Notes under the pieces: generated by a model
Told to the model about the DNA's origin: nothing
Seen by the model: only the letters and a program-made list of their open reading frames with translations
Database searches by the model: none
Made by a program: the position numbers and the translations under genes
Source: Owenia fusiformis
Lineage: Eukaryota
Direction: 5' to 3'
NCBI GenBank assembly: GCA_903813345.2
Contig: CAIIXF020000001.1
Coordinates: forward strand, 38,688,001 to 38,752,000
Length of the DNA stretch: 64,000 bases
Part shown: positions 10,866-31,514 of the stretch, piece by piece
How positions within the stretch are numbered: the stretch's first letter is position 1
Layout: each line of letters begins with the position of its first letter

Positions 10866-13800
10866 TCATAGGTCATCATCTCCTATACCTTCAAATGCAT
10901 CATTTTCTCCTATGTTATTGCCTTTTAATGGTGACTTTATGCCAGCAGCCGCTAATTTATCCTACAATAATAGAGAACACTATACATCATCAGAAACAAA
11001 GTGGAAAATCACACAGAGACAGATAATCCCCCATTTCTATAAGTTTTATGATTTCACATATTCATTAATCCAATATTATTGTCTACAAAGCCAAGGTGGA
11101 AAATGCCTCTATTCAAAGGGCTCACTTATTGAGATGAGCCAATTTCAAACAGTACTGACAATAGGATTACTAAAATAATAGCTTAAAACAGATATACATG
11201 TATAGTAACGAGAAAAGCAGCAACTCCAGGAAGTAGCAAATCCCATCGAACAAAACGTATTTTGCTTATTAGAGGCCATCTTGAAAATTCCTTTTTGAGC
11301 AGAGCTTGTTTGTCCCTAGGCACCAACATATAAAATGTAAACCATATCCATCAATTAGCATTTGAGTTATCAAAGATTACATTCCTTTTTACGAAAAATG
11401 GCAGCCATTATGAAATTAAGCCGTCATTTCGAACAGAAATTCTGTGTCCCTTGGCATCAGCATATAAAATTTTTATGAGCCTATAAAATTTGAATCAAAT
11501 CTGTCAATCGGTATTTGAGTTATCGCCCGGACAAATGGATGGACAAACGAACTGACGAACGGCTTTCCTATATCCCCCTCGAACTTCATTCGGTGGGATA
11601 ATAACAAATACAGTGTTGATGACAGCCATTAATTATCAGCAATAGCAAATTGTTTGTTTTGATGTTGGTGGGAAAAGTTCAATTTTTAGTTGTTGAATCT
11701 GCTGTCAAGTCTTCATAATCATCTTAACTGAGTTCTGGTTTGTAGTGGGTGAGTCAATGATTGAACCCTTTGAAGCAGATAAAGTAATTGAATTCACTAG
11801 AGATGATCAATAATAATATACTTTTAGGTTTACATTCTGAGGAGAGTACATTAGTACAATCATAAGAGCTGGCAATTCAGAGATGTTATAATAGAAATAT
11901 GATATTTTAATATTTTTTACATATTCAGAATAAACAATGGTTCCATTTCAAATACAATATAAAGTTAATAAACCTGAAATCTAATCAACACAAATAAAAT
12001 TAAATAATTAATATTAATATAAATATAAAGCTTATATCTCATGCTTCAAATTCCAAAAGACACGATTTCTGAAACACGAATCTGAAAAGAAAATGTACAT
12101 CTTTCCACCAAATATGAAGAAAATTCATTCACTAATATTTGCGTTATCTTCTGGACGGACTTTATGATGGACTGATTCTCTTACATGTTTAATTTTGAAA
12201 CTTACAGATCATTGCACATCTTACAGTGAATTTCATGGGATTCCTTTAAGGATGTTCAAATCCATATCTGATCGCCCCTCAACTTTTTAATTCCCCTTTG
12301 TATGTATTTTTACAGTTGAAATATAACATTTATTTTCCAAGTTTCCAAATATTAGTTATCCTGGACAAACATTTGCCATTTGCTTATTTTTCAAAGCATC
12401 ATCTCCATGGCCCTTTCCTTATGCCATACTCATGCTGGCCTTTACAAATACTGAACCCATGAGTGGTAACCCATAATAACCCATTCACAAGATTTGTTAC
12501 AAAGTAAAAAATAAAGACTGTTAACTAAATAAAATAATGCATGGTTAAATGTTAAAATCCCACACCAATACATACAGTACATCATTCTAGTTATAGCTAT
12601 AAAAGGCTTGCTCCACTATAACTAAATCCTAATAAAGGGCTAGTTTAGGCAACAAATGATGACTTAATAATACATTAAAACCTGTGTAAGTTAGTGGTTC
12701 AATCATCCATCTTAAGAGAGATGAATCCACTTTTAGTCAATAGTGGTGTTCCAATTGACAGGTTTTATTGTATATAGAGTTAGCTGTTCATTCATTATAG
12801 TTCACTTCTATATTGAAAAAGCATGGAAAGACTGCATTAAACCAAAACAAAAAGGAAATTAACTACTTTTTCAACATTTCTCATATCATTAATATGGCAA
12901 TACTACATTGTTAAGACCTGGCTTTTACTCAAAGCTCACCAACAACTGCTTTTTAAAAGTATTGCTAGCAACCAGTGTTAACAAGAATACACTAAGTATA
13001 ATTAAAAGCAGAAAAGAAACACAACACACAGTTAGGTACAGTTTTAGAATTACCTTTTTTACAATCCTTCTGTGAGGAAGCTATAGATAAAGAATTGTTG
13101 AGTAATATGTTTTCAAATTTGACATTGTATTGCTATTAATTCCCCTAATCCAATCACATTATTTAGTTAAGCTCATCTAGACATCTCGTTATAAAACATC
13201 TTTATAAGCAATAATACACAAGCAAAATTAATTTAATTTCAACAAATATTATATGCCCATTGGTCAAATATTAAGACACATTGACAGCTGAAACTGTATC
13301 TTTTAAAATGGAGAGTGAGAATCCACGATTTCAAACTTCTGCATATCAAGATATAGAAACAGCTATTTATATATCTTAATATTAACCAGTGATGCAATCC
13401 CAAATGAAATTTTTCTCTTGATTCTTGAACTAAGTAATAAGTGGAGTGAATATGCACAGAGCTCCCAGTAAGATATCCAATTTCCTTGCAACAATATGCC
13501 TATACATTACATTTTCAGCTGAAGCAAAACTTTATACATGTATTATAGACAAGATTATAGACATTTAGGCATATTCAATATTACCCCTGGTCACTATGGT
13601 AAATATAAGAAAGTTGAGCAACTTACAGATATTCGTTTGACAGATTCCTTGGCTTTGTCAACTGCCTCAGAAGCATTATCTCCCAGCTCATTCAGAACAG
13701 GGGAGGAAAGAAGCGATGGCTTTGCGCTGTCCCGTTTTATAAAATCTGTTCTTCTGTTCCGTGCCCTTTCAGCTGGCTAGAACACAACAGATATCAACAG

Positions 13801-16800
13801 CTTAAAATTATGCCTATTTTATATGATTTAAACAGATTCACTGATTTAATTTAATCTAACGATGACTTTAATATTTATGCATGTATAATAGAATGCATAC
13901 AATAGAATTGTGATAATTATTCCTGGATGGTGGCCGAGATGAGTGAAAGTGAGTTTTTGAAGTGCCATATCTCATCCGCTAGCGATCTTAGATCTTTCTG
14001 TTTATATTAAACATAACACTCTGTTTTGTTCCCTTTTGGCACTTGTGCTAACATATTTTGTTATATGATTAAGATTTTAACAGATTAACCTAATCAATTA
14101 GAATGTAGTGATTTTTAAATAGCGTACCCTTTTTACCCGCTTGCCCTGTTTCTTCATTATTAATTCATCCACCATTCCTTGAAGGCACATACTTATTAAT
14201 ATTGCCTGAAAATGTAAATTAAAATAATAAGCATGGGAAAAGTTATCAAAATATATGTTAAGTCTTACCATGTTTGGATTTGTGATTTCAGTTTAATTTG
14301 CAAAGAACAGTTGAAACCCACAAAAAAAAAATCATCTCAATCTTCAAGTCTTAACATAACCAAACCTTTATTAATTTTCATACAATTAGAACATGTGTAC
14401 ATTTCACTAAGTTTGTTCACCCATTAAGGTGAGAACTCCACGATTGTTTTCTAGCATGCTATGAATATTTTTTTCCTCACTTGGTCACTCAGTATTGTGA
14501 TCCATTTAAGTTCATCTCTAGCGATGAGATACTCAAAGGCCAACTCTAAACGTGGAAGTCCCTCAAGTCTATCATTATCATCTACAGTCTAAAAGCAAAA
14601 AATAGCAATAAATAATATTCATTAAATATACTGTATTAACACATCACAAAGTCATAAATCCACAATATTGGTCATGTAGTGTATTTCACACATTCATGAA
14701 ATATTATCAGAAAAACGTCCAATGCTAAGTAATGGAATAGGTTATTATCTTATAATGAAGCATTCACATGATGGCTGCCTTTTTATCCAAAGTCTCTTAA
14801 TTTATCAGAAACCTAAAGTAGTAAATTCCAACAACAAAATGTCTTTATTCCTAGCTGCTTTCCATATTTTCTGCCATATTTTGTGTATGAGAACATGAGA
14901 ATAACTCTTCTACTTACAGATGTGGTTATTCTCCAACACCTCATTCTGGTCACCTTAAAAGTTCCCTCCTTCACCTCATCCTAAAAAAATGTACAAATAA
15001 CTGTATGGACATCACTAGAGAATTTATAATTTCATTAGAATTCCAAACAGGCAATAAAAACAACAGGTTTTATTATGGGAAATTATCATTTCACCATGCA
15101 TATAAAAAGCATGTAATTTTGTTAAGAACAACAGAAGAAAAAAGAAAATCACCCATTGCCTGCTGCTAAGAAAACCTGTGATTTTTATCTGCAATAAGCT
15201 AAACTATTACTTTACTTATTATATAGTACTCCATCTAGCACTCTATATATGCAGTACTAAAAATAGATGAATATTAAAATGTACTTCAGTAGTATGTAAA
15301 AATTCTGCTGAGCTTTTTTAACAAATACAACATATCAATACATGTAAATACAACTAAAATATACACTGACCCCATCCTGTATTCTAAAGTTGAGTTCCTT
15401 GTTTCCTGCGCTGACAATGGCTCTACAACCAGATCGTGGGTAGTCTGTTATAGCTGGCTTAAATTGGATATACCCGTAAAATTTTAAGGTCTTCACTAAT
15501 TTTAAGTACTGTAAAAGAAAAATAATCTATATTAATGTACTTTACATTCAATGCAGGAGAGGTCTGGTACAATTTTATTTGACAGATTTTGATTCTTGGG
15601 TGTTGTAGGTTCTTTATAGAGGTAGAGTTTTTTTATATTTCTATCTGAGTGACATGCACACCATCATACCGCACTTTGGGCTTGTTCATCATATTATGGC
15701 ATAGTTCAGGCCCATAGCCGGGATTTGCCAAGGGGAGATTCACTTTTTGAAAAATTCCAGTGGGGTTCACTTGTGACAATTTTGGTCCAAAGATGGCCAA
15801 AATCACATAAAAGGTGCTCAGAATGGTGAAAAACTGCATGATATTGAAAGATCTTTTGACCGGGGGGGGGGGGGGGGGGGGGGGGTTCGCTCGAACACAT
15901 GGAACCCCTCCCCCCCTGGTTATGGACCTGATAGTTTGATAATTAGTGTTTTATACAGAGATCTCCCTCACATAGCCATGAATCTGATACAAACTCAAGG
16001 TATGAAGAAGCGTGGATAGTTCCCTGGAATAAACAAGTGAATGATAATGTACTTGCCTCCTTTTTAGAACTTTTTTGTTTGAGAGTTTGAAGTTGTTTGT
16101 GCTGGTCCTTGGTGACCATCACCCAGTTTCTCTCAACATCACTCACAGCCTGAAATATTGTATCAAAATAGTATTATAAAAGAAAATCTATACTCATGCC
16201 ATTTGTATGTTCAAACTACCCAAACCACATGCAGATCTGAAGCTCTGAAAACTTCTGAAAAGTTCTCCCATGAATAGGGTTTTCACAATGCCATATAAAT
16301 GACTAAACAAACAGGGTGATTTGACAGGTGTCATTTAATGATTGATGCTATTTTTGAACAATATACTTGATTCTACATAAATATTTGTACAGACCTGTAC
16401 ATAAAGCAGATTCATGGCAACCCTGTCTTCTAACAGATCATCATCCATGCTGATGTCCCAGTACCTTCAATACACATCAACAGCTTTTATTTCTATTGAT
16501 TACACAGATTATTTTGCAAATCAAATACATACATTCCTGTACAAAATAAGATTTAGATATACATGTACTCCATTTTTCACAAAAGGAGATAAAAACGTGA
16601 TCTTGTTCATTTACACAAAGAGACATTCCTTGGAATATTTATATAAATCAAATGGCATGAACATTGAACAGGTGTCAGAAGCATTAAAGCACTGATGTAC
16701 CCAAAGGGGGGGGGGGGCATTGGGCCAGATTGGCCTGGTAGTTAAAAATGATACCGAAATTTTACTATTTAATGTTCTAGGTGAATATCAATATTGTTTA

Positions 16801-19800
16801 CATTTACTCACCCTTTTCTTAGTACAATCTTATGAACGCCTTCTTTATTTGCTGCCTTCAGTGAAATGTGGGGAGACTCAAAGTCCTGCAGTTTCCTCAC
16901 AACTAAAGATTATAAAAGTTGAATTATTGTAGTACATGGTGAAATACAAAGAAGGTTACACAAACACAGTCTGGTTAAACACATTATTACTTTGTTAGGA
17001 TAACAAGCCTTTGGGAAATACTTACATCTGAATATCTTTAGCTGGTCTTTATATGTGTCCCTATACGAGTTTCAAAACAATCTGGCCAATACTTCTCGAG
17101 TTATTTCTATTTTCAAAATGTGTTACATATACAGCTCTAAATCCTGATTTCAAACATTAACAACTCAAAATTGGAGGCCATGACATGAAAAAGTGTTCAC
17201 AAAGCCATCGCTTACTTGAAAGATCTGCCCCTTCTTCCTTTTTAACTAGGTATAAACCAAAATAGAAGGCAAAGTCTTCTGGCAGATTGATGTTGCTGGC
17301 TACTGACTGAAATGAAAAAGTTTAATTTAGAAATGTTTTATGTTCTTTTAAGCTCATTTGGATGGGTCCTCTTTCTTTACTAGCACAACAATTCTGAATT
17401 GAATTGAGTATATTCAATTATGTGACAAAACTGATGCAATACAAACTAGCCAATTAAAAAATCAGGAAAATTTTATATCTGTGCATGCATACTTTCAATA
17501 CTTGTAACTGACCCAAGTCTATAAAATCCTGGTTAGTACTCTGAAAGTTAATGTAATCTAAGGAGATCATTCAAATTAAATTGTTTAAATCATAAGCCAA
17601 AAACTGAAATTAATGAATAAAAAATTGAATATTGAAAATCGATTCTGTTCACAAGACTGTTGTTACGTACCTCTATGACATCATCTGTCTGGTCAGTTGA
17701 TTGTATGTCTATAGAGATCTTGTGTCCATTCATCAGGAAGACTTCAAGGGTCACATTTTCTGGAGCTTCTTGTTGTGTTTCCTAGACATATACATACATG
17801 TACTGTCAAATCTGTACATATGGACACCTCACTAATCTGAACACTTTTTTCATCCTATTTAATTCTCTAATTGACTTCCATGTTTAAAAACCTTGAATGA
17901 GAACATTCCCAATCCTTTTAGAAGATACATAATGTCTTGATTTAAGAGAATGTACTTTATGATTAGGTGATAATTAGGTGACAATTTTCACTCAGTGTAG
18001 AAAAAATCTTGCAATGAACAATGGGATGTATTTTATATTGAAACATAAACATATTGGAAACACTAACCTGTTGTGCTTGGAGCAGAAACCCATTGAATAT
18101 ATGTGAATTGGCAATCCTTGGCTCTTGACTGACTGAAATAAAAAACAAACATCTCATCAATATCCTATAGCAAACCAAACATTCCAAGACATGCTCTAAA
18201 TTAATATTATCAAACTTAGCAATATAACTATTTGAGTAACACAGGGTTCTGTTTAGACTAATTCAGAGGTTTTTGAGCAGACTGTAGTAGACTGCTTTTC
18301 TTTTTTGGGGTTCTGTACATTATATTGTATATATTATGTACATGTACTTACTTATTTGAACATATCTCTCAAGCATCATGCGGCGCTCCTCAAGTTGCAC
18401 CCCTGACAATGACAGCAATTTCTTTGGTGGGAATGGTGGCAGAGCATTTGTTGTGAACTCTTTCTTTAGCTAAAATTATTTTTTCAATTTAATATTATTA
18501 TGTATCTAATGAACAGGAGTTGAGGTTTTCAGGTTTCAGGTTCTCAGGTTTCTGAGAGCAGCTGGCCAAAATGGTATTACGGACCTGTTGCCATGTTATT
18601 TTCCTATACACACTGAAAAGTCAACTGGTCTGTATTAATGACCTGGCAAATGACCAGTGAACCGGCCCTTAGCGCAGGCCCTGCTAATGAGACATGAATT
18701 ATATGTAACAATTATAATTTCGCTGAGGAAAATGTTTGACATAAAATATGGCTTAAGTTTAGTTAACATTTTTACATTCAAAATTTGGGAAAAATCTGAA
18801 GGAATTTCAAGCTCTGCTGAAAAAATAGGTCCCTTGAAAACTAGATACTTTGATTGACAAGGATCCTTCAGTTACTTCTAATATTTTCTTGGGGAATAAA
18901 TCAATATGTGTACCTGTTCATGGAAATTATGCAACTGCTTGTAGCGGACTGAACAGTGGAACACACCATTAATATGGACATTAAAACTCTGAAAACACAA
19001 ACAATTACAGTAAAAGAATATCACCAAATGCAATGCAGGAATATGGCGGTAGTCTGGTAGTTCAAACAGATTAAACCTGCTATCATGCAATGTTTTTTAG
19101 CATAAAAATCACAATATTGTGGCTCAGTACTCCTAAATAGGAAGGTTTGAAAATGTTAAATGAAGCATGATTTCCTTATGATTATCATGGAAGACATTTT
19201 GCATTTTTTTAGAAAGTTGTCAATGCTAAAATTGAAAAATTGTTTTACTATCCGAGTAAATTCTGTTGCAACTGAAAATGTTCTCTGTCCCTGATCAGAT
19301 ACATTTTCAAACATCACGATTGAACTTTTGATTCTGGATTTTACAAAGCACAAATAAAAAACGATACAATATCATAAAATATGTTTATTTTTCCACATAA
19401 TATTATACTATGGTCATTTGATTACTTATTTCTTTACGTTGGATAGATTCACATCTTCGCTACTTTGAAATATTATGTAGGTGTTTTTGGGCTGTCTTAG
19501 ACCACAACCATCTGAATATTTTCCAATTACATTTCTGGCACCTTTCTCTTCAGTTTACCATCAACATGTTTATAAGTCATCCCAATTACATTTACCACTG
19601 TCATCTCTATATTTAGATGTACCTACATTGTAAGTACTCCAAATATACTGACATACATGTATCTAATGCCCCATCTAATGTATAAACTGCTTCCACCTAT
19701 TGTTTCAGTACAAATGTATATGTGTCGATTATACTCTCCATAAATTGTACATTTAAGTACATCTAAAGTACTCCTCCACCCTCTATTTCAAAAAGTAGGT

Positions 19801-21177
19801 TGTTGCAAGACTAATGTCTATGTGGCCATCCATAACAAATTAAATGCATCTCATTAAGGCTGTCTTCACTGCCTTGTACCCATCACATTGGCATGTGCCA
19901 AATGGATATCAATCAGGGTATAGTTGATGCCCATTGCCCGGCATCTGTTGGATATACAGAGCCTTTGTTGCATCTTGCATGCATTCAGTATGTTTGTTAT
20001 AACTTTGTGTGTGGCGAGCACAAGTGCTATTGTGCAACTACCACTATTGGCTCATGCAGGCGCATACGTGATGGTTGACGCATAAGTTATCAAAACATTA
20101 GCGGAATTGGTTGCAAAGATCAAGATAAGTAAAAGAAAATACCAACCTTGGCAAAGCTACAGTCTGTAGTCCCCCACCCAAAAAAAGCTGCGCTGACACT
20201 TCATAAGCAAATTGCTAGTTACACAGCGGGCGAGAATTTTAAACTATGCACCATCCGCTAGGTGCGCTATTCCATTATACACATATAATATATATTTGAC
20301 GTCATATAATATATAATTATAGCGCGAGACATCTATCGGCGAGCTCAGGAATGAAAAGCCATGGGCTTTCAACTAGAAGGGTATGCAACTCTATGTAATA
20401 ACATGAGACCTTCAAAATGAGCAATGACATGCTTCCCTTTTATGGCAATATTTCAAAAAGTATTAGATAAATGTATATGTTTTAGTATTATTTTGAATAA
20501 AAATCAATTTTTAATATGATTTAAGCATAAAATATATTCAATATCATGTAAAAGTAAACAAAATAGACCAATAAGAATAAGAGTTATCAAGATGTTCTCT
20601 TTGAGTATTGCATTGTGGGTAATTATTCAAGAACACATTCCAATAAAAAGATAATTTGTGGGAGAATGTTCACTTTCTGTATTGTCATAATTAGGATGAA
20701 TTCCAATTTTTATTAAATTATCAAGATGTATGTAGAAGATCATGTTTTTATTTTTGAGTTATTTCTTTTAATCATCAATAAAAAGTACAAAATAAGATTT
20801 TCTTGGAATGTGTACATTCTCCAATTTTAAAAAAACCCATGGCAATGTTTATGTATGAAATATGGGAAGTTGCCTACCCTTCTAGTTGAAAGCCCATGGA
20901 AAAGCATGAACCAAATTTGACGCGTCAGAACAGCAATTCGCCCGCTGTGTTATGATGCCTACCAGATGAGATGACTGCGCACTTTGGTCCTAACATGGAC
21001 TTTCTTGATAGCCCATGGTGCTAAGTCTCACTAAAATCAGGCCAGATCAATGAAAAAATACTTCCGTTTTTATGTTTACATATAGACTATATGGTCTATT
21101 TGTGTCTAAATGCTTACCGTATATGAAGATCCACCTTCATCCTTAAAATCTGTAGTGTCGGGAATGGAGAAATGCAT
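10866..21177 (-). CDS. SNX17: Sorting nexin-17 (PX + FERM-like), 468 aa, 15 coding exons
   Basis: Exons (minus): 21118-21177, 18914-18988, 18352-18469, 18068-18132, 17671-17781, 17216-17306, 16812-16902, 16395-16464, 16057-16149, 15371-15508, 14918-14980, 14481-14588, 14128-14205, 13627-13776, 10866-10961. N-terminus MHFSIPDT; PX motifs NVHINGVFHCSVRYKQL and PPFPPKKL; KVTRMRCWR; C-terminus AFEGIGDDDL*, all SNX17 hallmarks. Confidence 0.97.
11207..11602 (-). mobile_element. Short HINE (non-autonomous Helentron-like) copy, same family as 42526-43710
   Basis: Shares both ends (agcaactcca.g.agtagcaaatccca and tatatccccctcgaacttc.ttcggtgggata) but has only ~2 internal repeat units. Confidence 0.75.
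15707..15930. mobile_element. Short MITE (caggcccatagcc...ggttatggacctg) containing a long poly-G tract
   Basis: Imperfect TIRs flanked by the direct repeat atagtt (15701-15706 and 15931-15936). A related fragment lies at ~27419-27487. Confidence 0.7.
20221..20950. mobile_element. Small MITE (acacagcgggcga...tcgcccgctgtgt) carrying a nested element
   Basis: 13-bp terminal inverted repeats at 20221 and ending 20950. Confidence 0.7.
20360..20898. mobile_element. P-element-like MITE, 539 bp
   Basis: TIR catgggctttcaactagaagggta pairs with tacccttctagttgaaagcccatg. 7-bp TSD gaaaagc at 20353-20359 and 20899-20905. Confidence 0.85.
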
Positions 21178-21558
21178 GTTTGTGGCTGCCTTAAAACCTC
21201 ACATTGTCTGGAAAATCAAGTACTTTCATTGAATTTCGTAGGATTCACAAACTCCCCTTTCTCCATTTTGTTTTGGAGGTCATGTGACCAGAACACATTC
21301 CAAGGTCAACCAATTAAATTCTCATCCGTCTCTTTTCATCCGCAATATAAGCTATGTGAAATCAATGTAATCTATATATCTTTTAAGAAATTTTAAATAT
21401 TAGCTAATCATTGTATTTAGGCTAAAACAAGCATTTAAAGCAGGGGAAAGTAATAGTGCGCATGCGCAGTGACCTTTACCTAGATGCCCACGTTGAAGAA
21501 CTACTGAAGGATAACTCGGTCCATTTAGAAGAGTTTTCTGAGCAGTACGATATTAGAA
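21178..21558. promoter_or_regulatory. Bidirectional promoter shared by SNX17 and AK2
   Basis: 381 bp between the divergent ATGs. Contains the perfect NRF1 palindrome TGCGCATGCGCA (21457-21468), GTCATGTGAC (21279-21288), a nuclear-receptor half site CCAAGGTCA (~21300) and a YY1-like CCATTTTG (21263-21270). Confidence 0.75.
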
Positions 21559-29807
<8,249 letters not shown>

Positions 29808-30692
29808 TCCCCCTAGATTGCTACTAATGTACAAATAGGATAAGAATAGAATAGTTAAGCTAAATGGAAATAGGTTTTATGAGGCTTAAATCAGTCAGTG
29901 GAAATTACAAAGATTTGTCTCGTCCTTAACAGATAAATATTTATAACTCTGGAAAAAATATTTTCCCGTCTGATTCTTTTCTGTTATCACATATTTTCCC
30001 TATTGTATTATCTTAATAGTTCTTTTATGCAAATATAAAACATTTACTGTCAGTACTAAAGACACATTTTCACCTTTCCACTGGCCATTTAACCTGAAGT
30101 TCTAATTTAAGTAAATCCTTCAAAACATCTGCTGTGGATAACCTTCCTATTAACTTTAACATCAGATTCTCGGAGTGCACCTTTGGTAAAGTATGGTGTC
30201 CAAATATAAGCAGTTGTAGAAAAATGGAGTTAATTTAGTTGTCATGGTGTTAAGCCACGATATAGCTCCCTCCTTGACCCCAAAAATAAAAGTCTGAATG
30301 TTGGTTCAAACACTTTTCCAGGTCATTCCAATTCATTGCTTTTGAGATATTATCATTTACTCCCCTTCCCCTAACAATATTGCATATATGTAACTTAATT
30401 TTTCCACAACTGTTAATATTTAGACACCATTCCTAAAGTTATTTTTGTTGCCAAATGGGGAGCAGAGGAAGGGGGTCATGCAAAGTGATTTTCAAATTCT
30501 GTTTTGATGAGATCACTACTGTGTACTACTGCAGTATATATTGACAGCTCAGACACCACTTCTTCCAAAATTGTAGACAGGAATTTGTGATTTCAATAAT
30601 TTTTGATTTATATAATAAAACAACTTTTCTATGGACTTTTAGAATCTCTTTTATCAGTTTTACCTGCATTCTGTTTGAATACCACAAGCTAG

Positions 30693-30884
30693 GGGAGATC
30701 CGTCGAACTTCAACATACTTCGTCATGGGGCTATTTCGACATTGGCTTATATTTTCCATTCACGAAGTCCGCCATGTCTGTTTTTGAAAATTTTAAAAAA
30801 TAAATTGAAATCTCCAACAGGCCCCATGGTTGAAGTAGCCCCATGACGAAGTAACCCCATTCGTCGAAGTTCGACGGATCTCCC
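30693..30884. mobile_element. 192-bp hairpin MITE downstream of the AK2 stop codon
   Basis: gggagatccgtcgaacttc pairs with gaagttcgacggatctccc; inner pair tacttcgtcatggggcta / tagccccatgacgaagta. Confidence 0.85.
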
Positions 30885-31506
30885 ATAATGAAAGTTTGAA
30901 ATTGTCAATTCCTGGCAGTCGTTTCAAAATATTAATGTGATACTGCTTTTCAACAATGCTCAGGTATTGCCTGAAATTGAATATAACTGCCTTTGCATTG
31001 TAAATTTCCTTATTCTCTGTATTTGACTGAACGAATCATGAAATTAATATTTGTGGCTAATAAGTGCAATAAAGTTGAAATATTTGATATTTTGTGTGAA
31101 ACTATTCAAAATGTTAACTGACTGTACATGTGTGTTTTGAATGATCTCCTAATAGTTCTGTGGTGTGGAGTAAAAATCACGTGTAAATGGATCCATTGTT
31201 GAAAAATGCTACCATTTTCATTTCTAGATCTTTATTATCTGCCCAATTCATTGCAATTCATAAAACCAAAACGATTTTCTATGATTTCTGTGTACCACAT
31301 CATTTTACTCTTCCTTATTCCTCACTTCCCTTGTTATCAACCTTAGCCCTCACACAGTGCCTTGTAAGATATTGTTAAATATGCATAAGGAGAAATATTC
31401 AGAGATTTTGGAAGTACATGTAATACAAATACTAGATACATATCTGTATGATAAATCTAATGTTAATTAATGTTTGTTTTGAGGTTGACTATTGCTGTTT
31501 TTTCAG

Positions 31507-31514
31507 ATCTTTGA
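31507..31514 (+). CDS. AK2: Candidate alternative terminal coding exon of AK2, giving C-terminal -SHL (PTS1)
   Basis: Acceptor ctgttttttcag|ATCTTTGATGA. Splicing from the internal donor TCTC|gtaagg (29781/29782) gives TCT CAT CTT TGA = S-H-L-stop. AATAAA follows at ~31549 and 31612. Confidence 0.6.

Noticed and set aside
15706..15900. Poly-proline ORF
   Set aside because: It derives from the poly-G tract of a MITE.
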